A DNA stretch of 64,000 nt from Candidatus Omnitrophota bacterium (GTDB taxonomy: Bacteria > Omnitrophota > Gorgyraeia > 1-14-0-20-64-10), in NCBI GenBank assembly GCA_023818695.1, contig JAMWCF010000001.1:403306-467305 (forward strand), in the 5' to 3' direction. Every line of letters begins with the position of its first letter. Within the stretch, counting starts at the first letter, position 1. Made by a program: the position numbers and the translations under genes. The notes under the pieces were generated by a model. That model worked only from the letters and a program-made list of their open reading frames with translations. It made no database searches and was not told the origin of the DNA. Shown here in pieces: positions 1 to 7,721 of the stretch.

Positions 1-137
1 AACCGAGAGAGATCATTCCTCCAATCAGGGAACAGGTCCCTCCGTCCCCCGCGGAAAAACGGATTTTTGAGAACCATAACCAGAAGATCATCCGGGACCG
101 GGTCATGACCGAAACGATCGAAAACATTCTAAGGTGA
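1..137 (+). CDS. 3' end of an unidentified CDS entering from upstream of the window
   Basis: The frame is open from the window edge to TGA at 135-137 (...IFENHNQKIIRDRVMTETIENILR*), 1 nt before the pilB ATG. The visible residues show no recognisable domain. Confidence 0.3.
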   Translation, partial: PREIIPPIREQVPPSPAEKRIFENHNQKIIRDRVMTETIENILR

Positions 138-138
138 T

Positions 139-1881
139 ATGGCTGTCCGTACATACCAAAGACTCGGTGATATGCTTGTCAAGGAAAAGCTGATCAATGA
201 ATCGCAGCTTCGGGAAGCCGTCAATCTGCAAAAGACGACCGGCAAGCGCCTCGGCGAAGCCCTTGTCAACCTCCGCTATGTGACGGAAAACCAGCTGGCG
301 GAAATTCTGGGGCGGCAATTGGGCTTGCCGTTTCGGTCGTTTGAAAAAGGGGAGTTGACGCCCGTCAACGATCCTCAACTCAAGCAGATTCTGCCGGATG
401 AGCTGGTTCGAAAGCAGCTCCTTCTACCGCTTGCTAAAACCCAAAACACCCTAACGATCGCCTTGGCAGACCCTCTTGATCTCATCCTAATCGACAACGT
501 CAGAAAGATCAGCGGCCTTCAGGTTTCACCGGTCATCGCAACGAAATCGGACCTGGTCCGAGCAATCGAAGAGGTGTACGGCAAAAGGGATCTCCTGAAA
601 GAGGCCATCGCAGGCAGCTATGAGGGAAAGGCAATCCGTGATGACGGCCAAGACCAAACCGCCCAGGTCAAGGCAGAAGAGGAGGAACAACAGCTCCTTA
701 GCGAAGAGGACCTCCAGGCAAAGGCCGGGGAAACGCAGGTCGTCCGGCTCGTCGATCTGTTCCTGCTGGAAGCGGTCAATTCCCGCGCGAGCGACATCCA
801 TATCGAGCCGTACTTGAGGAAAATGTCCGTCCGGCTTCGGATCGACGGCGTTCTCAACCCGGTCGACCCCCCCGCGCCGCATCTGCTGCCGGCCATCATC
901 TCGAGGATAAAAATCCTGGCAAAAATGGATATCGCGGAGAAGCGCCTGCCGCAGGACGGAGGATTCACGATCCGGGTGGGCGAAAAGAACGTGGACCTGC
1001 GTGTTTCAACCATCCCGACCGTTTACGGGGAAAAGATCGTTCTGCGGCTTCTTGACAAAAGCAACCTCATCTTCAACTTTAAAGACCTCGGCATGTCCCA
1101 GAAAGAGGTTGACAAAACGGAGCGGGCCCTGATGTCCTCCTATGGGCTCATTTTCCTGACTGGGCCCACCGGATCGGGAAAATCGACGACCCTCTACGGG
1201 GCCCTCAACCGGATTAAAAGTTCGACCAAAAACATCCTGACGATCGAAGACCCGGTTGAATACAAGCTGGAGGGGCTCAACCAGGTCCAAGCTAAACCGC
1301 AGATCGGTCTGACCTTCGCGGCCGGATTGAGGGCCTTCCTTCGGCAGGATCCGGATATCATCATGGTCGGTGAGGTCCGCGACCTGGAAACCGCCGAAAT
1401 CTGCGTGCGCGCGGCCTTGACGGGTCACCTGGTCCTTTCGACCCTTCATACCAACGACGCCCCTTCGGCCATCACCCGCTTGATCGATCTGGGGATCGCG
1501 CCTTTCCTGCTGTCGCCATCCCTGCTCCTGGTCATCGCGCAACGCCTCGTCAGGAAGCTGTGTGAAAGCTGCAAAGAACCTTATGAGCTCCCCCAGCCGA
1601 TCCGGGAGAAAGTCAAGCTCCCCGAAGGAACTTACTACAGGGCCAAGGGGTGCGCCGAGTGCCGCAACACGGGGTTTCGGGGCCGAATCGGAGTTTTCGA
1701 GATCCTTGAAGTGGACGAAAAGATGCGGGAATTAATTTCCAAGGGTGCCAACGCCACGGAGCTTCGCAAGGCCGCCAAAGAGAACGGCATGAAGTCCCTT
1801 TTCCAAAGCGGAATCGAGAAAACAGCGGCTGGAATAACGACTTTGGAAGAGGTCTTCAGCGTGACCTTCGGGGAGACTTAA
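139..1881 (+). CDS. pilB: Type IV pilus / type II secretion assembly ATPase (GspE/PilB/MshE family) with an N-terminal MshEN-like domain
   Basis: 580-aa ORF. It has Walker A GPTGSGKST plus ILTIEDPVEY, DPDIIMVGEVRD and GHLVLSTLHTNDA boxes. C-terminal cysteine pairs CESC...CAEC are typical of secretion ATPases. The N-terminus is T2SSE_N-like. Confidence 0.9.
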   Translation: MAVRTYQRLGDMLVKEKLINESQLREAVNLQKTTGKRLGEALVNLRYVTENQLAEILGRQLGLPFRSFEKGELTPVNDPQLKQILPDELVRKQLLLPLAKTQNTLTIALADPLDLILIDNVRKISGLQVSPVIATKSDLVRAIEEVYGKRDLLKEAIAGSYEGKAIRDDGQDQTAQVKAEEEEQQLLSEEDLQAKAGETQVVRLVDLFLLEAVNSRASDIHIEPYLRKMSVRLRIDGVLNPVDPPAPHLLPAIISRIKILAKMDIAEKRLPQDGGFTIRVGEKNVDLRVSTIPTVYGEKIVLRLLDKSNLIFNFKDLGMSQKEVDKTERALMSSYGLIFLTGPTGSGKSTTLYGALNRIKSSTKNILTIEDPVEYKLEGLNQVQAKPQIGLTFAAGLRAFLRQDPDIIMVGEVRDLETAEICVRAALTGHLVLSTLHTNDAPSAITRLIDLGIAPFLLSPSLLLVIAQRLVRKLCESCKEPYELPQPIREKVKLPEGTYYRAKGCAECRNTGFRGRIGVFEILEVDEKMRELISKGANATELRKAAKENGMKSLFQSGIEKTAAGITTLEEVFSVTFGET

Positions 1882-1882
1882 G

Positions 1883-3097
1883 GTGGCTCGCTATTCCTTT
1901 GTCGCGCGAACCCGCTTAGGCCAACCCGAGAAAGGGACGATCGAAGCGCCCGACCCGGAATCGGCGATATCGATCCTGCAGGGAAGGGACCTCGTCGTCA
2001 TTTCGGTCCATGAGTCCAAAACCGGGCCGGTCATGATCGGCGGCGGGAAATCGTACCACAAATCCGTTAAAGCAGCCGACCTGGTGATCTTTGCGCGCTC
2101 CCTGGCTGCCATGACGGAAGCTGGTCTGCCGCTCTTGAGAGCCATGGAAGTTGTTGGAGAACAAGCCCGGTCCAAAAAACTCCAGTCGGCCATCAACGAT
2201 ATGACGCGGGATATCCGGGGTGGCTCCTCTTTTCGCGACGCGATCGCCAAACATCCGACCATCTTCTCTCCTTTTTGGGTCAGTCTGGTCGAAACGGGTG
2301 AGGCCTCGGGTCAGTTGACGCGGGGCTTGGAGCAGATCGCCACTCATCTCGAAAAAGCGGGTGCCATCCAGCGCAAGGTCGTTTCCGCTTTGATCTACCC
2401 CGCGATCCTAACCCTGGTCGCCGTCGTCGCTGTTCTCGTCTTTGTTCTGAAGATCATCCCCACCTTCGCCAGCCTTTATGCCGGCTTAGGAACCAACTTG
2501 CCTTTAGTGACCCGGATGGTCATGGCCGCCTGCAATACAATGGTAAGATTCTTCCCTCTTTTCCTCGGAGCGGTCATCTTGTCCTGGCTTTGCTTTTCAT
2601 TCTACGTCGGAACACCAATGGGACGCTGGCAGTTTGACAAGTTCAAACTGCGTGTGCCTCTGATAGGGCCGCTTCTGCAAAACGTCTCGGCGCAAAGATT
2701 CACCTCAAACCTGGCCACACTGCTCAAAGCGGGTGTTCCCATCCTGCACGCGTTGGACATCTCCATCACAACCTGCGAAAACAAAGTCGTTGCGTCGGTG
2801 CTGGAACACATGCGGGCCGGCGTCCGGGAGGGCCGCTCTCTCGCGGAACCCTTAAGCCGTACCGACATTTTTCCCTCTATGGTTTCCCAAATGATCGCCG
2901 TGGGAGAACAGACGGGGAAGCTTTCCTCCATGCTTGAAGAGGTTTCGGAGTATTACGAAGAGCAGGTCAACACGGCGGTGGAACGCTTGACCAGCATGCT
3001 TGAACCGATCATGCTTATCGGGATGGGGTTGGTCATCGGAACACTGGTTGTTTCGATGTATTTGCCAGTTTTCCAAATTTCATCAGCGGTGCATTAA
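1883..3097 (+). CDS. pilC: Type IV pilus / T2SS inner-membrane platform protein (PilC/GspF family)
   Basis: 404-aa ORF starting 1 nt after the pilB stop. It shows the duplicated GspF-type cytoplasmic domain plus TM helices and ends ...GLVIGTLVVSMYLPVFQ, as in PilC/GspF. Confidence 0.9.
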   Translation: MARYSFVARTRLGQPEKGTIEAPDPESAISILQGRDLVVISVHESKTGPVMIGGGKSYHKSVKAADLVIFARSLAAMTEAGLPLLRAMEVVGEQARSKKLQSAINDMTRDIRGGSSFRDAIAKHPTIFSPFWVSLVETGEASGQLTRGLEQIATHLEKAGAIQRKVVSALIYPAILTLVAVVAVLVFVLKIIPTFASLYAGLGTNLPLVTRMVMAACNTMVRFFPLFLGAVILSWLCFSFYVGTPMGRWQFDKFKLRVPLIGPLLQNVSAQRFTSNLATLLKAGVPILHALDISITTCENKVVASVLEHMRAGVREGRSLAEPLSRTDIFPSMVSQMIAVGEQTGKLSSMLEEVSEYYEEQVNTAVERLTSMLEPIMLIGMGLVIGTLVVSMYLPVFQISSAVH

Positions 3098-3229
3098 TCC
3101 TAACTCATTTATTTATAGGCGGTTATGCTTCTTGCCGGCGAAAAAATAATTGGAATAAAACAGGCGAAAGGCGGTTATTCATAAGTGGGGTCAAGCATCT
3201 CGCTTATTGGAACAAGAAGAAGAGGCGCT

Positions 3230-3628
3230 ATGGCGATTTCCGAGTACAATTTTGGTTTCACGCTTCTTGAGCTGCTGCTCGTGGTGCTCGTTGCGGGCAT
3301 TCTGGCGGCTGTCGCCATCCCGCAGTTCACCAATACCACCGACCGCTCCCGCGAGACGCAGGCGAGGTCGGTGATAGACATCATCCTGGCGGCGGAAGCG
3401 GCCTATTATCGGGAACATGGAGTCTTTACGGCAACTCTTTCAGAGTTGCCGGTCAGCGTGCCGGTTATGGCCGACTGGCTCCAACCAAATCTTTCGCATA
3501 CCGGCGGCACTGTTGTCACGGTTTCCATCAACGGGAATCAAACAGGGCACAATCACGCCGCTCATTTTATTCAGGGCATTTTGACTGACACCGGCTCCAA
3601 AATAGTAACAAACCAAAACGGACGATAA
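3230..3628 (+). CDS. Type IV pilin paralogue 1 (prepilin-type N-terminal cleavage/methylation domain)
   Basis: ATG at 3230 follows a GAAGAGG Shine-Dalgarno. The class III signal is MAISEYNFG/FTLLELLLVVLVAGILAAVAIPQF with Glu at +5. The GTG start at 3185 in the ORF track is probably too long. Confidence 0.8.
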   Translation: MAISEYNFGFTLLELLLVVLVAGILAAVAIPQFTNTTDRSRETQARSVIDIILAAEAAYYREHGVFTATLSELPVSVPVMADWLQPNLSHTGGTVVTVSINGNQTGHNHAAHFIQGILTDTGSKIVTNQNGR

Positions 3629-3636
3629 GGGGGACG

Positions 3637-3736
3637 CTTGATGGCCGAAGCAGCTTACTATCAGGAGATCTGATGGTTAACGTCCGAACCCATTAAGCAC
3701 TGGCGTCAAGACAATCACGAACGAAGCCAGACAGTA
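3637..3736 (+). pseudogene. Decayed, internally deleted pilin cassette remnant
   Basis: 3637-3667 (cttgatggccgaagcagcttactatcagga) matches the ILTAEAAYYQE-coding stretch of pilin 2 at about 3938-3968 with one mismatch. 3702-3736 (ggcgtcaagacaatcacgaacgaagccagacagtaa) aligns without gaps to the GVKTITNQNGQ* end of pilin 2, with 7 mismatches in the 37 aligned nt. There is no start codon or class III signal. Confidence 0.5.
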
Positions 3737-3788
3737 AGTTAACAAGCAGGGTAGATGTGCTGAAAAACCATAAAAAGGAGGATTAGCA

Positions 3789-4181
3789 ATGAGACGCAAC
3801 AAAGCAGGTTTTACGCTTCTGGAGCTGTTGATCGTGGTGATCATCGTGGGCATTCTGGCGGCTGTCGCCATCCCGCAGTTCACCAACGCTACGGATCGGT
3901 CCCGCGAGGCAGAAGCCCGGTCGGTGGCTGATGCCATCTTGACGGCCGAAGCAGCTTACTATCAGGAAAGGGGAGCATACACGACAGCATTGACCGACCT
4001 GATGGTCAGCGTGCCGACCACTCTAACCAACTGGCTGCAACCCGTTGTCACCAGCGGCACCACCGCTGTCACGGTTTCCCTCAACGGAAACCAAACGGGT
4101 CATGCCCACTCGACTCATATCATCCGGGGAATTTTGACGGATGCCGGCGTCAAAACCATCACGAACCAGAACGGACAGTAA
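3789..4181 (+). CDS. Type IV pilin paralogue 2
   Basis: AAAGGAGG Shine-Dalgarno upstream. The leader and N-terminus are MRRNKAG/FTLLELLIVVIIVGILAAVAIPQF. The C-terminus HIIRGILTDAGVKTITNQNGQ is shared with paralogues 1 and 3. Confidence 0.85.
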   Translation: MRRNKAGFTLLELLIVVIIVGILAAVAIPQFTNATDRSREAEARSVADAILTAEAAYYQERGAYTTALTDLMVSVPTTLTNWLQPVVTSGTTAVTVSLNGNQTGHAHSTHIIRGILTDAGVKTITNQNGQ

Positions 4182-4211
4182 GCGTGCAGAATAACGGGAC
4201 GGTGGCCAGAG

Positions 4212-4664
4212 GTGTCTCCCGCTGCTAATTCTCCGATAGGCAGGCACACCCCTACCGCGGCTATCGCGGTAGGGGTTGCTCGCCCCTCTCACGGGTTTAC
4301 TCTCCTTGAGTTGCTCATTACTGTGATTCTTATCGGAATTTTAGCAGCCATAGCGATTCCTACTTTCAACAACGCCGTGGACAGGGGCCGGGAAGCGGAG
4401 GCGAGGGCCGTCGTGGACACCATCCTGACGGCGGAAGCCGCCTATTACCAGGAACGAGCGACCTACACAACCGTGCTAACGGAACTGTTTGTGACCACTC
4501 CGACTATGAAGCAGTGGCGGGATCCTGTTGTCACCCAAGGCGCAGCCGCCGTGACCGTGTCCGTCAACGGCGACCAAACGGGCCATGGTCATCCTACCCA
4601 CATCATCCGAGGCATCTTGACCAATACAGGAGTCAAAACGATCACCAACCAGAATGGGGCTTAG
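4212..4664 (+). CDS. Type IV pilin paralogue 3 with an unusually long predicted leader
   Basis: The mature part, G/FTLLELLITVILIGILAAIAIPTF...HIIRGILTNTGVKTITNQNGA, is clearly a pilin. The only in-frame canonical start upstream of the cleavage Gly is GTG at 4212, giving a 28-aa leader. Confidence 0.75.
   Translation: MSPAANSPIGRHTPTAAIAVGVARPSHGFTLLELLITVILIGILAAIAIPTFNNAVDRGREAEARAVVDTILTAEAAYYQERATYTTVLTELFVTTPTMKQWRDPVVTQGAAAVTVSVNGDQTGHGHPTHIIRGILTNTGVKTITNQNGA
4248..4276 (+). other. Perfect 12-bp GC-rich hairpin inside the pilin-3 leader region
   Basis: acccctaccgcg-gctat-cgcggtaggggt read directly. No U-tract follows, so it is not a classical terminator. It lies between the pilin 2 stop and the pilin 3 cleavage site. 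Confidence 0.45.
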
Positions 4665-4673
4665 TCTTTCCCC

Positions 4674-6737
4674 ATGGGAGGAGAACCTTTCCGTTCTGAT
4701 CACGCCTCCCTTGCATGGAAGACTGCTTTACTGACCGGATTCTGCTCCTTCATCTCTTATCTTCTGACGCTGGCTCCCACCGTTGTGGGAGGGGATTCAG
4801 GAGAATTAACCACTGCGGCTGTCACGCTGGGAGTTCCGCACCCTCCCGGCTATCCTCTCTATTGTCTTCTGGCCCATTTTTTCTCCCTTTTACCATTTTC
4901 TGAACCGGCCTACGGAGTCAACCTCTTTTCCGCGACAGCCGCTTCAGCAGCCACCGGGCTGCTCTCTTTTCTCATCGTGACATCAGGAGCCGCTATCGTC
5001 CCCTCCTCCAAACCCTTGTTCCTCGGAACAGCCGGCTGGACGGGCGGCCTCCTGTGGGCCTGGTCTTCAAACTTCTGGAATCAGGCCGTCATCGCGGAAG
5101 TTTACACCCTCCACACCTTCTTCGTCATCGGCTACCTGCTTCTCCTGTTCCTCTGGTCCGAAAACCCTGTGCCCAAACGCCTCTATCGCTGCTCATTGTG
5201 GCTCGGGTTGAGCATGACGAACCACCATTTGACTCTCCTGTTTCTGCCGGTCCTGCTCTATCAGGGATTCGTGACCGTTCATCGCGACCGGACACTCGAC
5301 CTTCTCAAAACAGGGCTCAAAGCACTCGGATTCTTTGCTCTGCCCCTTCTCCTCTACCTCTACATTCCGATCCGTTCTTGGATGGGCGCCCCTCTTGACT
5401 GGGGTCGCGCCGTAACATGGGAATCCTTCGTCGCGCATCTGACCCGGAAACAATATTCCGGCTTGAACATCCAGGGCAACCTCGCCACGATTTTTGACGC
5501 GAAAAAGCTGTTCGACCCCGATTCAATCAAATCCTACATCAATCATTTGGGCAGCGAATACAGCTGGCTGTGGCTGGCGGGGATCCTCGGGATAGCGGTC
5601 TGTCTAAAAAAAAACATCCGGCTTCTTGTGCCTCTCCTTTTCATCTGGTTTTTCGGCAGCTTTTTGATCTGGATCAACACCCAGCAACACCATTTTTCTC
5701 ACCGTTTTTCCCATTATCTTTTCGATGTCTTCCTCTTGAGCGGAGAACCGACCCTTCTCTTGTGGATGGGCTGGGGACTCCTGTGGCTTTTCCGAAAGAT
5801 CGGCCGCACCAGGGACGGAATTCTGCTGATGTCGGCAGGGGCAATCCTGCTTCCAATCGGCCTCGCCGGCCTTCAATGGCGGTACAATGACAGAAACGGA
5901 GATTACATCGCTTACGACTTTAATTCCCAAATTCTGGATGCCCTCCCAACAGATGCCATTTACTTCACTTACGGGGACACAAATACCGCCGTTACGGCCT
6001 ACCTCCGACTCGTGAAGAACCGCCGCCCAGATGTTCTTCTTCTTGACTACAGCTGCGGGCAAGTATTTAAAGAAACGCCGCCTTATTGGGGACCCAACCG
6101 GAATCCGGAGAAACACAAAAGGGTTCTCGAATCCATGGTTGATTTTGTTCACAAAACACCCGATCCGGTTTACATCGCCTACGGCCACCCCCTCATCGAC
6201 AAACTCCTTCCTCATATCGTCCCCTACGGCCCTCTCGCCCATTACGACCCGACGCAAGACGCGCTCAACCCAAAACGCTCTTCTTTCCGGAGCGACTTCC
6301 CCTGGCACACTTTGAAGCTCCGCGGTCTCGACAAACCGATCGCCTTTAGTGATCAATGGAACTGGTTTACCATCGGAGATTGTCTCCTCGGCCAAGTCTT
6401 CGAAAAGCTCGGCGCCGCAAGCGGCTTTGAAACCATCGACAAATTCTCCCGGATTCTCCTCCTGGATTCTAAAACGTGGCTGGAAAATGGCGGACTCAGC
6501 CTGCTTTATTTTTTTCAGGGCCGTCTTGAGGAGGCCCTCACCGAACAATACAGGGTCGTTCTCCAGATGCCGAATGAGCCCACTGGATATTTCAACCTCG
6601 GTCTTCTGTGCGCAGCAACCGGCAGCAGGGAAAACGCTTTGATTCTTTGGAAGCAAGCGCTGCGGCTTAAACCAAACTGGCCGATCGCGGAGAAAGCTCT
6701 TGCTTCCATGGAAGACGTAAGTGGAGATCCCCCGTGA
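4674..6737 (+). CDS. DUF2723 / TMEM260-like GT-C family membrane glycosyltransferase (putative protein O-mannosyltransferase) with C-terminal TPR
   Basis: 687 aa with many TM helices. The first loop, GGDSGELTTAAVTLGVPHPPGYPLY, matches the D-x-GE...HPPG.PL signature I recall for DUF2723. The C-terminus is TPR-like (GYFNLGLLCAATGSRENALILWKQALRLKPNW). Confidence 0.75.
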   Translation: MGGEPFRSDHASLAWKTALLTGFCSFISYLLTLAPTVVGGDSGELTTAAVTLGVPHPPGYPLYCLLAHFFSLLPFSEPAYGVNLFSATAASAATGLLSFLIVTSGAAIVPSSKPLFLGTAGWTGGLLWAWSSNFWNQAVIAEVYTLHTFFVIGYLLLLFLWSENPVPKRLYRCSLWLGLSMTNHHLTLLFLPVLLYQGFVTVHRDRTLDLLKTGLKALGFFALPLLLYLYIPIRSWMGAPLDWGRAVTWESFVAHLTRKQYSGLNIQGNLATIFDAKKLFDPDSIKSYINHLGSEYSWLWLAGILGIAVCLKKNIRLLVPLLFIWFFGSFLIWINTQQHHFSHRFSHYLFDVFLLSGEPTLLLWMGWGLLWLFRKIGRTRDGILLMSAGAILLPIGLAGLQWRYNDRNGDYIAYDFNSQILDALPTDAIYFTYGDTNTAVTAYLRLVKNRRPDVLLLDYSCGQVFKETPPYWGPNRNPEKHKRVLESMVDFVHKTPDPVYIAYGHPLIDKLLPHIVPYGPLAHYDPTQDALNPKRSSFRSDFPWHTLKLRGLDKPIAFSDQWNWFTIGDCLLGQVFEKLGAASGFETIDKFSRILLLDSKTWLENGGLSLLYFFQGRLEEALTEQYRVVLQMPNEPTGYFNLGLLCAATGSRENALILWKQALRLKPNWPIAEKALASMEDVSGDPP

Positions 6738-7699
6738 CCGTCCCTCTACCTCTTGTCAGCGTTATCATCCCGGTCCCGCCAGGAATGACTCGGCCCTTGA
6801 TCCTCGATTCCCTTGAAAAGATCGACTATCCGAAAGACCGCCTTGAGGTACTTGTCAGCGCGGGGAGGATGCCGCCTCGCCAACGAAACCTGGCCGCTCA
6901 AGAGGCGGCGGGAACTTACCTCCTCTTTTTCGACGATGATGTCAGCGTTCCGCCGGATTATCTCCACGAATTGCTCCGACTCTACCAACAATGGGATTCC
7001 GACGCCCTCGGCGGTCCATGCCTGCCGGACCCCAACAAGCGATCCCTCCAACAAATGGCCATCGCCCACGTTCTTGGATCCTGGTGGGTGCTGGGGCCTC
7101 TGTGCGCCCGCTACAGACCGGCGAAGGCAACCCGGCACGCCACGGACCGCCAGCTTATCCTTTGCAACCAGAGCATCCGCCGGGACGCCTTCCGAAAGAG
7201 CGGCGGCTTCAATGAGCGCCTTTTCCCAAACGAGGAAAATGAGCTTCTGGATCGGTTCCGCCGAAACGGCCTGAAACTTGGCTATTCCCCCTCCTTAGCG
7301 ACGCGGCGGCCGACGGAAACCTCATGTGTGGATCACTGGAAGAAGGTGTTCCATTACGGACGGGGCAGGGGACGGCAACTGAAAATCGCTTTCTCATTCA
7401 GAAACCTGGAACATCTGCTCTTCATGCTCGTGGAGACAACCATTCTCGGCGGACTCCTTCTGCCCTGGCCCGGCGGAAAATGGCTCTGGCTGCTCTGCCT
7501 CCTCTGGCTGGCCGCGCCAACGTTAGAGGCCATCCGGCGGCTTCAATCGCTGCCAGCCGGATTGCTGACCGGCGTGGTCATCGCTGGCACGCATCTGTCC
7601 TACTGGGTGGGTTTCTGGTGCGGGCTGTTGACGTGGGATCGGCGAAGAGAAAAACTTGAAAATGTGGACGTCTCCATCCGGCGAATCAATTTCTCGTAA
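6734..7699 (+). CDS. Family 2 glycosyltransferase with C-terminal membrane helices
   Basis: The GTG start overlaps the upstream stop (GTGA). It has VSVIIPVPPG and LLFFDDDVSVP (DxD) motifs. The last ~90 aa form a hydrophobic TM segment. Confidence 0.75.
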   Translation: MTVPLPLVSVIIPVPPGMTRPLILDSLEKIDYPKDRLEVLVSAGRMPPRQRNLAAQEAAGTYLLFFDDDVSVPPDYLHELLRLYQQWDSDALGGPCLPDPNKRSLQQMAIAHVLGSWWVLGPLCARYRPAKATRHATDRQLILCNQSIRRDAFRKSGGFNERLFPNEENELLDRFRRNGLKLGYSPSLATRRPTETSCVDHWKKVFHYGRGRGRQLKIAFSFRNLEHLLFMLVETTILGGLLLPWPGGKWLWLLCLLWLAAPTLEAIRRLQSLPAGLLTGVVIAGTHLSYWVGFWCGLLTWDRRREKLENVDVSIRRINFS

Positions 7700-7721
7700 C
7701 GGTTCAAAGAAGGTCGCTGTC

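Noticed and set aside
103-378. 91-aa minus-strand ORF overlapping the pilB start.
   Set aside because: It is antisense to the strongly supported pilB N-terminal domain and to the end of the upstream gene. It has no motifs.
3150-3166. Possible sigma54 promoter (TTGGAATAAAACAGGCG; GG-N10-GC spacing) upstream of pilin 1.
   Set aside because: Only the GG/GC dinucleotides and their spacing fit. The flanking consensus bases (TGGCAC / TTGCW) do not. No enhancer-binding protein gene is nearby. The evidence is too weak to call.
5604-6656. 350-aa ORF on the minus strand, antisense to the DUF2723 gene.
   Set aside because: It lies entirely inside a well-supported multi-TM gene on the other strand. Its composition is Arg/Gly/Pro-rich with no recognisable domain or Shine-Dalgarno. 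This is a typical shadow ORF of GC-rich DNA.
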